From the NCBI GenBank assembly GCA_964350735.1, contig CAYGKO010000001.1:246578-310577 (forward strand): a DNA stretch of 64,000 nucleotides, read 5' to 3'. Position numbers and translations under genes: made by a program. This document shows, one piece after another, positions 9,562 to 18,525 of the stretch; the stretch's first letter is position 1, and each line of letters starts with the position of its first letter. The stretch is from an uncultured Candidatus Saccharibacteria bacterium (GTDB taxonomy: Bacteria > Patescibacteriota > Minisyncoccia > Phycocordibacterales > UBA918). The notes under the pieces were generated by a model. The model worked only from the letters and a program-made list of their open reading frames with translations, did no database searches and was not told the DNA's origin.

Positions 9562-9642
9562 TTCAAAACTGCGCAATCGAACCGAAATAAAAAATCTAAG
9601 CCGGACGTAGTAATCAGTGTTATAAACTAAGACAGAAATACT

Positions 9643-9687
9643 ATGACAAAAAAAGTATATTTAGCTGGTGGCTGTTTCTGGGGCTAA
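9643..9687 (+). pseudogene. remnant of an msrA 5' end ([14 protein letters not shown]-stop)
   Basis: 14 codons nearly identical in protein to msrA residues 5-17 ([13 protein letters not shown]) but about 70% identical in DNA; stops immediately afterwards. Confidence 0.6.
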
Positions 9688-9747
9688 AACTGTCTGGGGG
9701 ACAGTTTTAGAAGGTTGCCTACTATTTTGAAAAAATAGTGACAACCT
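9687..9747 (+). promoter_or_regulatory. two consecutive hairpins upstream of msrA
   Basis: AAAACTGTC-tggggg-GACAGTTTT and GGTTGcCTACTATTTT-gaaa-AAAATAGTgaCAACC. Confidence 0.4.
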
Positions 9748-9779
9748 GAACAGTTCCTGTAAGGAATAAGAAAAACTAT

Positions 9780-10280
9780 ATGATACAACAAACAAAGAAG
9801 GCATATTTGGCGGGAGGATGTTTCTGGGGACTCGAAGACCTAATCCGAAACCTCGATGGTGTGATTGATACTGAGGCTGGCTACACCGGTGGAGAGAATG
9901 ACAATCCGACGTATCGTAATCATCCAGGACATGCTGAGGCGGTAGAGATTGAATATGATCCGAAGCAGATTAGCTATCAGGAGCTGCTTGACTTCTTTTT
10001 CCAGGTTCATAATCCAACGACCTTGAATCAGCAGGGAAATGATCGAGGTACTGCCTACCGTTCAGCTATCTTTTTTGCTGATGAAACAGAAAAGGCGGTA
10101 GCTGAAGAAATGATCTCAGTTGTAAATGAGTCTGGTCGCTGGGAGGATGCAGTGGTGACAACTTTAGAACCACTAGATCGCTTCTGGGCCGCAGAGCTGG
10201 AGCACCAAGATTACTTAGTGAAAAATCCAGGTGGGTATACCTGTCACGCAATTTATTTTGATTCGTACCTCACAAAATAG
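9780..10280 (+). CDS. msrA: peptide methionine sulfoxide reductase MsrA
   Basis: [10 protein letters not shown] active-site motif with Cys; length 166 aa. Confidence 0.9.
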   Translation: MIQQTKKAYLAGGCFWGLEDLIRNLDGVIDTEAGYTGGENDNPTYRNHPGHAEAVEIEYDPKQISYQELLDFFFQVHNPTTLNQQGNDRGTAYRSAIFFADETEKAVAEEMISVVNESGRWEDAVVTTLEPLDRFWAAELEHQDYLVKNPGGYTCHAIYFDSYLTK

Positions 10281-10287
10281 TTGCGTG

Positions 10288-10383
10288 AAGGTATACATCA
10301 CGTACTGGGACGGTATACCTTGTCAGTATTTTTTATCCTTCAAAATACTAGGCAAGGTCTTGCGAAAGTGTTTAAACACTTTC
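10288..10383. repeat. cluster of three inverted repeats downstream of msrA
   Basis: AAGGTATAC...GTATACCTT; AGTATTTT...AAAATACT; perfect 20 bp palindrome GAAAGTGTTTAAACACTTTC. Confidence 0.5.
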
Positions 10384-10385
10384 TC

Positions 10386-10424
10386 ACCTGTCATGCAATT
10401 TATTTTGATAGCTATTTAAAGTAG
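10386..10424 (+). pseudogene. remnant of an msrA 3' end ([12 protein letters not shown]-stop)
   Basis: Direct repeat of the last 8 codons of msrA (ACCTGTCAcGCAATTTATTTTGAT, 1 mismatch), then diverges to a stop. Confidence 0.6.
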
Positions 10425-10436
10425 GCAAAGGATAAA

Positions 10437-10476
10437 AAACAAACAAACGACGCTAAAAGCGTCGTTTGTTTGTTTG
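10437..10476. terminator. rho-independent terminator
   Basis: AAACAAACAAACGACGC-taaaa-GCGTCGTTTGTTTGTTT perfect 17 bp stem. Confidence 0.8.
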
Positions 10477-10512
10477 CGTCTTTGGCTACACTCCGGTATG
10501 CTCTGTCTCACT

Positions 10513-11997
10513 ATGTCACGAGCCCAAGGACTTATCTCGTTCAATCAAGTTTCGTTTGAACACGACGCCACTAAACCAATTTTAATTGAGTCTTCTTTTT
10601 CCGTACGTCGTGGAGCGAAGTTTACGCTCATGGGACAAAATGGAGCTGGAAAAAGTACTTTGTTTGGCCTGATCACCGGTGCGCATCAACCCGATGAGGG
10701 GGATGTAAACATCATGCCGCGCACTAGTATTGCCGTTTCTCGACAAGTCATTCCTCGAGCTGAGCTTGAGCTTACCCTGCGGGCGTTTTTTGAGAAGTGC
10801 TTTAACGAAAAAGTATACGATATCGATCCCAAGATTGATGCTATTCTCGAGGTGGTAAATCTAGCACCAAAAAATCCAGATATGGTAGCTAGTTTTAAAG
10901 AACGAATAGTCGGTAGCTTTTCCGGTGGGCAACAGGCTCGATTGCTACTAGCGTCCGCTTTGATTCAAAACCCGGATGTATTGCTGCTGGATGAACCAAC
11001 AAACAACCTCGATGTCGAAGGTATTGAGCACTTAACTCAATTTTTGCGTGAGTACCGTAAGACAGTAATCGTGATTTCACATGATGCAGATTTCTTAAAT
11101 GCATTTACCCATGGCGTCTTGTATCTAAATGTGCAAAATCGTCAAATTGAATTATACGAAGGAAACTATCACGACGTACTAAAAGATATTGCTGCTCAAG
11201 TAGAAAAAGAGAAGCGACAAAATGCTCGTCTTGAAAAAGAGATTCAAGCCAACAAAGATAAAGCAAACTTTTTTGCTAACAAAGGAGGAGGAATGCGTTT
11301 GGTAGCTAAACGGATGCGAGAAAAGGTGGAAGACGATGAGGAAAATAAAGTGGAGGTGCGAAAAGAAGATCGCACGATTCGCGACTTCACTATCCCAGTG
11401 CAGGCAGATATTCCGACTGAAGTACTAAAGCTTACTTCGTATCAAGTGATTAAAAACCATAGTCCAAAGCAGGTGCCTTGTGATATTACCCTGAAGAGAG
11501 GACAGCATCTTCAGATTGTTGGTCCTAACGGGATCGGGAAAACAACGCTCTTAGAGTCACTGGCTTCTGGTCATGCGACGGGAGAGCAAATCTCTCCAGG
11601 AGTAACGATCGGGTATTACCGACAAGATTTTTCAAACTTGGATTTTGATCAAACCGTATTTGATTGCTTGATGGATGTGATGGACAAGAAAATTGAAGAA
11701 GATATGCGTAGTGTGGCAGCCGGATTTTTAATAAACCGCGATATTATTAAGACTAGAATCGGACTTTTGTCGGAGGGACAAAAGGGTCTAGTGGCCTTTG
11801 CCCGCCTAGTTCTACTAAAACCAGGGCTGTTAATTCTTGACGAACCTACTAACCATATTAACTTCCGACATATTCCAGTGATTGCAAAAGCGCTTGATCA
11901 GTATGCTGGAGCCATGATGTTGGTTTCCCACGTTCCGGACTTTGTGGGACAAATTCGCATTGATGATAGGTTAGACTTAGATAAGAAAGCTAAATAA
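10513..11997 (+). CDS. ABC-F family ATPase (tandem ABC domains, no TMD; translation-factor type)
   Basis: GQNGAGKST / LSGGQQARLLLA / LLLDEPTNNLD, then GPNGIGKTT / LSEGQKGLVAFA / ILDEPTNHI; inter-domain linker with coiled-coil KEKRQNARLEKEIQ. The listed 10474 start overlaps the terminator hairpin, so ATG 10513 (MSRAQGLISF) is preferred. Confidence 0.85.
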   Translation: MSRAQGLISFNQVSFEHDATKPILIESSFSVRRGAKFTLMGQNGAGKSTLFGLITGAHQPDEGDVNIMPRTSIAVSRQVIPRAELELTLRAFFEKCFNEKVYDIDPKIDAILEVVNLAPKNPDMVASFKERIVGSFSGGQQARLLLASALIQNPDVLLLDEPTNNLDVEGIEHLTQFLREYRKTVIVISHDADFLNAFTHGVLYLNVQNRQIELYEGNYHDVLKDIAAQVEKEKRQNARLEKEIQANKDKANFFANKGGGMRLVAKRMREKVEDDEENKVEVRKEDRTIRDFTIPVQADIPTEVLKLTSYQVIKNHSPKQVPCDITLKRGQHLQIVGPNGIGKTTLLESLASGHATGEQISPGVTIGYYRQDFSNLDFDQTVFDCLMDVMDKKIEEDMRSVAAGFLINRDIIKTRIGLLSEGQKGLVAFARLVLLKPGLLILDEPTNHINFRHIPVIAKALDQYAGAMMLVSHVPDFVGQIRIDDRLDLDKKAK

Positions 11998-12009
11998 TAA
12001 ATTGTATAT

Positions 12010-12078
12010 ATGGCAAAAGGACAAGATCGAAAAAAAGAAGTGAAGAAACCAAAAAAAGAGAAACCAAAAGTAGACTAA
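12010..12078 (+). CDS. possible tiny lysine-rich ORF (MAKGQDRKKEVKKPKKEKPKVD)
   Basis: 22 codons ending right before a strong terminator; no clear SD; not in the ORF track (below 60 aa). Confidence 0.2.
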   Translation: MAKGQDRKKEVKKPKKEKPKVD

Positions 12079-12084
12079 CAAACA

Positions 12085-12116
12085 AACCGGCCGGCGCTAT
12101 GCGCCAGCCGGTTTGT
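12085..12116. terminator. rho-independent terminator
   Basis: AAACCGGCCGGCGC-tat-GCGCCaGCCGGTTT. Confidence 0.8.
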
Positions 12117-12134
12117 TACTTGAGTTCTGATCAT

Positions 12135-12147
12135 GTGTAGAGTACAC
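12135..12147. promoter_or_regulatory. palindrome GTGTAgagTACAC overlapping the putative -10 of the NrtR gene (candidate autoregulatory operator)
   Basis: TTGAGT-N17-TACACT promoter-like spacing; palindrome lies about 10 nt upstream of the ATG. Confidence 0.3.
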
Positions 12148-12154
12148 TAAGCGA

Positions 12155-12826
12155 ATGAATAAAGCTCCACTTAAAAATCGATTTGCCGCCTTGGCGGCGG
12201 ATGTAGTAGTTTTTGGCTTGGTTGATAAAAAACTCCATGTGCTGATTGATGATATTAATCGACCACCGCATTACTGCAATAAGCTTGGATTTTTAGGCGG
12301 ATTAGTTGAACCATCTGAAACAGCAGAGGATACAGTTGAGCGAATTTTATTTGAGAAAGCTGGTTTAAAAAATATGTATACGGAGCAGCTATATACTTTT
12401 AGCAAGGTAGCTCGAGATTTAAGAAACCGGGTTGTCGCAGTAGCGTACATTGGATTTATGACCCCTGATCAGGTTTTGTCGTACACACATGAGTCGGCCC
12501 GATTTGTGCCAGTGACTTCGCTAAAAAATTTAGCGTATGATCACGACGAGATGTTGAAAGTAGCCATCAAGCGCCTGACAGGAAAGCTGGCGTACACAAC
12601 TATCGCGCAGTATTTATTGCCAAATCACTTTACGCTAAGTGAATTACAGAATGTGTACGAAGTGCTGTTGAAAAAAGAGATCGATAAGCGAAACTTCCGT
12701 AAAAAGATTTTAGCCTTACAGGTCATTGAAGAGACTGGGGCAATGCAAGAAGGGATGCAGAATAGACCAGCCGCTCTATATCGGTTTAAGAACAGTAGGT
12801 TACAACAATTATCTGCAGTACTGTAG
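12155..12826 (+). CDS. nrtR: NrtR-family transcriptional regulator (Nudix-like ADP-ribose-binding domain + C-terminal winged helix)
   Basis: Degenerate Nudix box GFLGGLVEPSETAEDTVERILFEKAGL in the N-terminal half, C-terminal about 90 aa helical domain; adjacent to the nadM-nadV operon. Confidence 0.65.
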   Translation: MNKAPLKNRFAALAADVVVFGLVDKKLHVLIDDINRPPHYCNKLGFLGGLVEPSETAEDTVERILFEKAGLKNMYTEQLYTFSKVARDLRNRVVAVAYIGFMTPDQVLSYTHESARFVPVTSLKNLAYDHDEMLKVAIKRLTGKLAYTTIAQYLLPNHFTLSELQNVYEVLLKKEIDKRNFRKKILALQVIEETGAMQEGMQNRPAALYRFKNSRLQQLSAVL

Positions 12827-12917
12827 CAAAACCCTTTTTGTATGTTTACTTATTGTGTATATAACACTAATAAAAAAGGCGACAAGATTTCTCTTGTCGC
12901 CTGAGTTGATTGGTTCC

Positions 12918-14321
12918 TTACACTTGTGCACGCTTACGCACATCAGCGAAGGTGACATCCTCAAGGAGTACGCCATCTCGATAGACCGTCTGCAACAGAT
13001 TGCGCTTTGGATCTAACAGTTCAGCTTCGGCAACAGTACTCTGCGAGCAGCCGCCGATACCACATGAGTCGATGAGGGCTAGGCGTCCGGCTTTGGAGAC
13101 TTTGCCCTGGTCGGTGATCGGATCTTTTTTGATTGCGATCCTCCGGCCATCTTCAACCACTTCGTTCGCCTTCATGGCGTACTTGTGGTCGTCACGACCG
13201 ACGCCCTGCAATAGAGCGCCACCCATGCCCCACACGAGGTTGTTAACATCGAGGCCACGATCAATCATGGCCGCGATGGTGGTCTGCAGACGAGCTTTGT
13301 CCGTCTGGTCGCCTTGAATGACGCCGACTTGTTTGGGTAGCGTGCGATAGCCTTTCTGGGTTTCGCCGTGTCCAAACTTGTCCATCACCATTTCGATGGT
13401 CTCGATCGGCATTTTGGTCGGGTCGCCCGAGTCAGGACGAATAACCAATTTGCCTTGAAGGGCAAGCACGTCATCTTTCAGCTGATCGCCGATCACGTTC
13501 TTGACGAATGAGAAGATGTCATAACTGTCGCCGACGATCGAGAAGAGCGCATCAGGTGCGTCGAACTCCCTAATCATGTGACGCACGTAGTCGACTTCAC
13601 GGTCTGGTCCCCAGGTCGTCGCAATTGAGTGCTCCGACGCAGGAACCGAGAATCCGGCGCAGTCTTCATGGTAGAACCGACGAGCACCAACAAGCGCCTC
13701 GACGTTGTCTGTGCCCATAAAGTTGACCAAATGTCCCATGCCGCCAAGCATGGCCGACTCGCCCGAAGACGCGCCCCGGCCGCCGAAATCATGCAACTTG
13801 AACCAAATTGCTTCTTCTGGTTCGTCTGCGGTGATCTGAAGACCGGCCATGATGACTTTCTTCGCCTCGCGGGAAAGCGTGGCGACGGTCGATGGGTACC
13901 AGATAGCGCGCAGCATTTGGGTTTCTACCCACGTGGCGAACCACGCGAGCTGCGGGTCGGTGCTGCGAACTTGGACTTGCACATTCCCCGGGAGGATCAG
14001 GCTGCCTTCCGGCGCTGCCTGAATTTCCAAGGGAGCCCGTCCACCGTACTGATCGACGATGTAGCGGAAGCCCGCTTCATTGAAGAAGCCAGGCCGCACG
14101 TGAGCGTCCATAATGGACTTCGCCTCATCAACCATCTCGTGCGTATAAGGACGCATAAGATAGGACTTGATGTAGGCCTGAAGGCCGAAGTTCACGACTT
14201 CAGCAGTCAAACCACCACGCGGTTCGATGTAGCCGGACTTTTCAGTCACGCCAGCTGGATCCATTTTCCAATGGCCGAACTTGTAGGTGTCGGCCGAGGC
14301 CAGTGGGTTGAGAGGAAACAT
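12918..14321 (-). CDS. nadV: nicotinamide phosphoribosyltransferase (NadV/NAMPT family)
   Basis: About 467 aa from MFPLNPLASADTYKFGHW (SD GGAGAAACTC upstream); HDFGGRGASS; PRTase type II fold signature. The longer listed ORF start carries a non-coding-looking N-terminal extension. Confidence 0.8.
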   Translation of the reverse strand: MFPLNPLASADTYKFGHWKMDPAGVTEKSGYIEPRGGLTAEVVNFGLQAYIKSYLMRPYTHEMVDEAKSIMDAHVRPGFFNEAGFRYIVDQYGGRAPLEIQAAPEGSLILPGNVQVQVRSTDPQLAWFATWVETQMLRAIWYPSTVATLSREAKKVIMAGLQITADEPEEAIWFKLHDFGGRGASSGESAMLGGMGHLVNFMGTDNVEALVGARRFYHEDCAGFSVPASEHSIATTWGPDREVDYVRHMIREFDAPDALFSIVGDSYDIFSFVKNVIGDQLKDDVLALQGKLVIRPDSGDPTKMPIETIEMVMDKFGHGETQKGYRTLPKQVGVIQGDQTDKARLQTTIAAMIDRGLDVNNLVWGMGGALLQGVGRDDHKYAMKANEVVEDGRRIAIKKDPITDQGKVSKAGRLALIDSCGIGGCSQSTVAEAELLDPKRNLLQTVYRDGVLLEDVTFADVRKRAQV

Positions 14322-14340
14322 GAGTTTCTCCTTTCTCAGT

Positions 14341-15237
14341 TTAAGATTGGTTGAGATGATCGAGCAATGCAGCCCCGAGTATCTGATGGGCATCGATAAG
14401 GTTGTCTATCAGGTCTTCGATGCGGAAGCATTTGACCGCGCTGATGTCGTCATTTGCGGTCGGTGCTTTCCAGCTGTTGGTGACGAGAAAGAAGTCGGTG
14501 CGAGTGCCATCTGCTTCGTCGCGGTAACGCATATCGTCGATTTTGAAATCGCCGATATGGACTGGGTTGCTTAGATTAAGCTCACCAAACTCTTCTTTGG
14601 TTTCCCGCAGCGCAGCAGCTTTTCGGGTCTCATCGCTTGGGTCAACAAACCCGCCGACGAAACGCCATTTGCCACAGTCTTCAGGTTTTTGACCGAGCCA
14701 GATAAATTCTCTGGCTCCATCCATCACCGCCACATCGACGGTAGACAGATCGACCGGATAGCGGCGGGTCGCGTGAGCGATCCAGCCCCGACGGTAGTCT
14801 GCGTTAGTGGTTTCGACTCCTTCGACTTTGATCCGATGCCGGATCTCAGTTCCTGAAGGAGCAGCGACCGGGTCAATTTCTTTGACCGGAAACGCGCCGC
14901 TGTAGTAGGGAGCGAATCCATCGCGTGAGCAGTAGAGGGTGACCTCGGCATCATGCGCGATCTCGTTCACCGTGCGATCAAGCTCGGCGCTCCAGCGTTC
15001 GTTGCTCGGCGTATCTTTGAGTGTCCCGACCAATATGGAAGGGAAGTGCTCATGGACCATCTGAGCGCGAAGGGGTGCTGGTAGCGGGTGCTTGGCACCG
15101 GGCACTTTGTCGCGTTCGCCGAGTAGTACGAGCACTGCATCATTTTCTGCTGTGACCGACTCGATGAGGTGGATATGGCCAGCGTGCAGGATGTCGACCT
15201 GCATGCGAGCGACGATAACACCAAGTGACTGTTTCAT
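14341..15237 (-). CDS. nadM: bifunctional NMN adenylyltransferase / Nudix ADP-ribose pyrophosphatase (NadM-Nudix)
   Basis: N-terminal VIVARMQVDILHAGHIHLI (HxGH nucleotidyltransferase); C-terminal Nudix box GGFVDPSDETRKAAALRETKEEFG. Confidence 0.8.
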   Translation of the reverse strand: MKQSLGVIVARMQVDILHAGHIHLIESVTAENDAVLVLLGERDKVPGAKHPLPAPLRAQMVHEHFPSILVGTLKDTPSNERWSAELDRTVNEIAHDAEVTLYCSRDGFAPYYSGAFPVKEIDPVAAPSGTEIRHRIKVEGVETTNADYRRGWIAHATRRYPVDLSTVDVAVMDGAREFIWLGQKPEDCGKWRFVGGFVDPSDETRKAAALRETKEEFGELNLSNPVHIGDFKIDDMRYRDEADGTRTDFFLVTNSWKAPTANDDISAVKCFRIEDLIDNLIDAHQILGAALLDHLNQS

Positions 15238-15341
15238 TGTGTAACTCCTATGAGGTTGTCGAAGAACGTAACTCAGGCTTCTGTACTGCTGGAGCGCTCC
15301 CGGCGTTAACCCAGAATGCGCCAGCAGAACAGAAGGTGATT

Positions 15342-15450
15342 GTTAATGTATTAACTACACTAACTAAGAACAATGGTTTGCCGCGCCTGTGCGCAGCTCT
15401 ATCTAATTTCTATACTAGCAGATAGTAATATTAGTGTCAATACTACACTA
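15342..15450. promoter_or_regulatory. candidate operators in the nadM upstream region
   Basis: Palindromes GTTAATgtATTAAC (15342-15355) and TAGTGTcaatactACACTA (15432-15450); the second shares GTGT/ACAC half-sites with the site at the nrtR promoter. Confidence 0.3.
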
Positions 15451-15452
15451 AG

Positions 15453-16307
15453 ATGCCTGGGGATAGAGAAAATAATTTGTTTAAGGTTTTGATTGTTATA
15501 CTAAAAGTAATGGTAAAGATCGGAGACCTAAATATTAAATATAGCCATTTCAATAATGGAATTTACTATTATAGTGTGCATATTGATGTGAATGGTGTGA
15601 AAAGGCAGATTGTCTTACCCAGGTACCATCAAATGGTGGGCTGGATTGAAGTGTTCGGTTTACCCCCACAGTTTGAATGGGTGATTTTGGAAACGATTGG
15701 TGATTTTGATAAAGAGGCCGTACTTACTATTGATGGAGAAGAATTTAGAGAATCTGTTTCATACCGTGCTAATGAAAGTGAAAAGCAGCACGAATTTACC
15801 GTTACTCGTGAGGGTGTTTTTTCTGAACAAGTACACTGTGTTGAATCGTATCGACAGGCTCCACAGCTGGTCAGTCTTAAAACAAATTTTGAGCATCAGG
15901 AGGGTGCGTATGTGTGTGATTACAAAAAGTCACTCATTGATATAGAAGATGTCTTAGATACAGAGCAAAATTTTGTAGATATGATTCTAATCGAAAACAA
16001 AATTCCTGATCATGTTTGGAGGAAACATTTTACTGCTTTTGGAAAAATTCCACCGGTGTATTATCATTTTTTTCCGCTGATATCCGGCTTAGATGTGTCA
16101 CAGTGTTCTGGTTCAGTATTAGAGCTTGGGTATCAGGCTGGTGAGGAAGGGGTAGATGCAGTACATGGAGATTGGCACAAATTATTGCGTATAAATGATC
16201 AGTCTTTTTACATTAAAGAAACTGGATATTCCTCGAGGGAAGTAACAACTCCTAATGGTACTGAGAGAATTAAAGACACCTATCGCAAAGAATTGTTTAA
16301 GCTTTAA
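15453..16307 (+). CDS. hypothetical protein (AT-rich gene, possibly acquired)
   Basis: 855 nt ORF; no recognisable motif; local GC is clearly lower than in the neighbours. Confidence 0.5.
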   Translation: MPGDRENNLFKVLIVILKVMVKIGDLNIKYSHFNNGIYYYSVHIDVNGVKRQIVLPRYHQMVGWIEVFGLPPQFEWVILETIGDFDKEAVLTIDGEEFRESVSYRANESEKQHEFTVTREGVFSEQVHCVESYRQAPQLVSLKTNFEHQEGAYVCDYKKSLIDIEDVLDTEQNFVDMILIENKIPDHVWRKHFTAFGKIPPVYYHFFPLISGLDVSQCSGSVLELGYQAGEEGVDAVHGDWHKLLRINDQSFYIKETGYSSREVTTPNGTERIKDTYRKELFKL

Positions 16308-16309
16308 AC

Positions 16310-16345
16310 AAAAGGGCCGGGAGCTTTGCTCCCGGCCCTTTTGTT
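16310..16345. terminator. bidirectional rho-independent terminator
   Basis: AAAAGGGCCGGGAGC-tttg-CTCCCGGCCCTTTTG. Confidence 0.85.
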
Positions 16346-16357
16346 TCTGTAATTGGT

Positions 16358-18448
16358 TTATACCACTTCCTTCTTCCACTTCTTCAGTACTCGAGAGAGT
16401 ACAATCGAAGCGATGAAGATTCCAACCGACAACGCCAGGAATTTTGGATCAAAGGCGTCGAAGGAGAGCCCAGAAGTACGGAACTCTTCGAGATCGATCG
16501 CGGCTCCGAGGGCAACGAAAGTAGTAAGGCCAGGCATGATACCAATCAAGGTAGCAGTGAAGTATGACTTCCAGTCTACCTTGAGAATCCCTGAGCCGTA
16601 GTTAGTGAGATCAAACGGCACATAGAAGAGACGCATAAAGAGAACTGACTCAAACGGTCGCTTGCGCAGCGCCTCTACCCAGTTGCCAATGATTGAATCT
16701 TCGAGCTTAAGGTCTTTCCCGAAGAAGCGGCCAATCCAGTAGGCGAAGTTAGCTGAGGCGTTTTCACCCAGAACGGTATACAAGATACCCCACCAGAGTC
16801 CAAAGAGCGCACCCGAGAGCGCTGTCAGCAGTGTAGCCGGAAAGAAGATAAGTGGACGAATGGCGTATAAGACCATGTAGACCACCGGCCCCCACATACT
16901 CGTCGTAAAGAAGGTGAGGAGGGTGAGTAAGAACTCGATGTTGCTGAGACCGTTGTCAGTTTTGTAGTTTTGGAATGCAACCAAGAGACCAATCCAGAAG
17001 ATAGCGGCGATTAGTTTCGGTGCGTGCTTTTTGGCGGCAGTGCTGAGGTCTTGTTTTAGGTCAGCAAACTGTTGCGCGAAGAAATAGTCACCGGCTTTCT
17101 TAACGATCAAGCTGTAGGTCGGGTAGGCGTAAATGAGATTACGCAATTTCCACATCGAAATCTTATGGTCAATCGCCAGGGTGAAGACAGAAAGAATTTC
17201 TCCAGCGGCGGGGCCAATAATATTGGCTCCCAGTACTTGGCCATTGAGGCGACGTGCCACTACTACCAATCGTCCGTCGGTCACGTCATCAGTATGAGCT
17301 CGGTCGTTCGCTGAGAAGGGGACTTCGACTTTCATTACCCCGCTTTCCGAGTATTTTGCTACGGCTTCTTTGTATGACAAGCCCACTTGCGCGATCTCAG
17401 GGGTGGTGAAGGTGACTTTCGGAATGGCCTTGTTCTTCTTTACTCGGAAGATGCCTTTACTGACTACTCGAGTAACAATCTGCCGAGCAATGTCGTCAGC
17501 CATGTGGGTAAACTTGAATTTTTGGGTCACATCACCAACCGCGTATACATATTTGTTTGAAGTACGGTGTTGTTTGTCGACGCAGATGCACTGCGGGCAG
17601 TTTTCAATCCCAGCTGCTTCAAGGCCTTTGGGAAAATTTGGGACGCGACCAATAGCAATGAGCGTTTTGTCGTAGGCTACTCGGATGGTTTCGGTAGTGT
17701 CTCCATCACGTCCGTCTGGCTTGATGTTAAATAACGCTTGCTTGTTTTCAACATTCGAAATATGCGCGTTGAGTAAGATCTTAATGTCTAAGTCCTCAAA
17801 CTTCTTCTGAATGATGGGGGAGATAGTCTCGTCTTCAAGTTTGGCGAAACGATTACCAGTGTCAGCGATAGTGACTTGGCTACCAAGCATAGCGAAGGCT
17901 TGGGCCATTTCCATGCCGATTGGCCCACCGCCGATGATGAGCAGTTTTTCCGGCACGTCTGACAGTGCAAAGATATTTTGGTTGGTTAAAATATCATTGG
18001 CGTTCATACCCGGTACATCGATCATCCGTGGGCTCGAGCCAGTGGCGATGATAGCGTTTTTGTAGTGGTAGGTGTCGTCGCCAACGGTGATACTGCACTT
18101 TGATTTGAACACGGCATCACCCATCACCACATCGATCCCAATTTTTTCAAAGGTTTCTGGAGTTTCTTCTTCCAAAATCGCATCAATTTTCGCGCGTACA
18201 TATGAAAAAGCTTCTGAGCGGAAGGTTTCACCAGTAGTAGTTTCTCCCGCGATCGTCTTAGCAAGATGGTAATCCTTAGCGTGGTGCAAGAGGGCTTTAC
18301 TGGGGACACAGCCTGAGTTGGTGCATTCGCCACCCATGTGTTCTTTTTCAACCAGTAGTACTTTCTTACCGACTTTGGAGAAACCAACCGCAGCGGTGAG
18401 TCCGCCTGATCCGGCTCCGATTACAACAACGTCATATGATTTCTCCAT
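16358..18448 (-). CDS. fusion protein: class-I pyridine nucleotide-disulfide oxidoreductase + C-terminal DedA/TVP38 (VTT) membrane domain
   Basis: N-terminal DVVVIGAGSGGLTAA...GGECTNSGCVPSK (FAD site and redox-active CxxxxC), NAD site IIGGGPIGMEMA. C-terminal about 230 aa with 5-6 TM helices and DedA motifs F(x)PATLLTALSGALFG...RLFYVPFDLTNYGSGILKV...GIMPG. Confidence 0.8.
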   Translation of the reverse strand: MEKSYDVVVIGAGSGGLTAAVGFSKVGKKVLLVEKEHMGGECTNSGCVPSKALLHHAKDYHLAKTIAGETTTGETFRSEAFSYVRAKIDAILEEETPETFEKIGIDVVMGDAVFKSKCSITVGDDTYHYKNAIIATGSSPRMIDVPGMNANDILTNQNIFALSDVPEKLLIIGGGPIGMEMAQAFAMLGSQVTIADTGNRFAKLEDETISPIIQKKFEDLDIKILLNAHISNVENKQALFNIKPDGRDGDTTETIRVAYDKTLIAIGRVPNFPKGLEAAGIENCPQCICVDKQHRTSNKYVYAVGDVTQKFKFTHMADDIARQIVTRVVSKGIFRVKKNKAIPKVTFTTPEIAQVGLSYKEAVAKYSESGVMKVEVPFSANDRAHTDDVTDGRLVVVARRLNGQVLGANIIGPAAGEILSVFTLAIDHKISMWKLRNLIYAYPTYSLIVKKAGDYFFAQQFADLKQDLSTAAKKHAPKLIAAIFWIGLLVAFQNYKTDNGLSNIEFLLTLLTFFTTSMWGPVVYMVLYAIRPLIFFPATLLTALSGALFGLWWGILYTVLGENASANFAYWIGRFFGKDLKLEDSIIGNWVEALRKRPFESVLFMRLFYVPFDLTNYGSGILKVDWKSYFTATLIGIMPGLTTFVALGAAIDLEEFRTSGLSFDAFDPKFLALSVGIFIASIVLSRVLKKWKKEVV

Positions 18449-18525
18449 AAATAAAAGTAATTAGTAGTAAGCGCCTATTGATACGACCATACTAGCGTAT
18501 TATTTCACTTTTGGGCACAAGAAAA

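Noticed and set aside
12726-14574. ORFs 12726..13016, 13000..13317, 13574..13792(-), 13629..14354, 14287..14574
   Set aside because: They overlap the well-supported nadV/nadM genes on the opposite strand or out of frame; no SD, no motifs.
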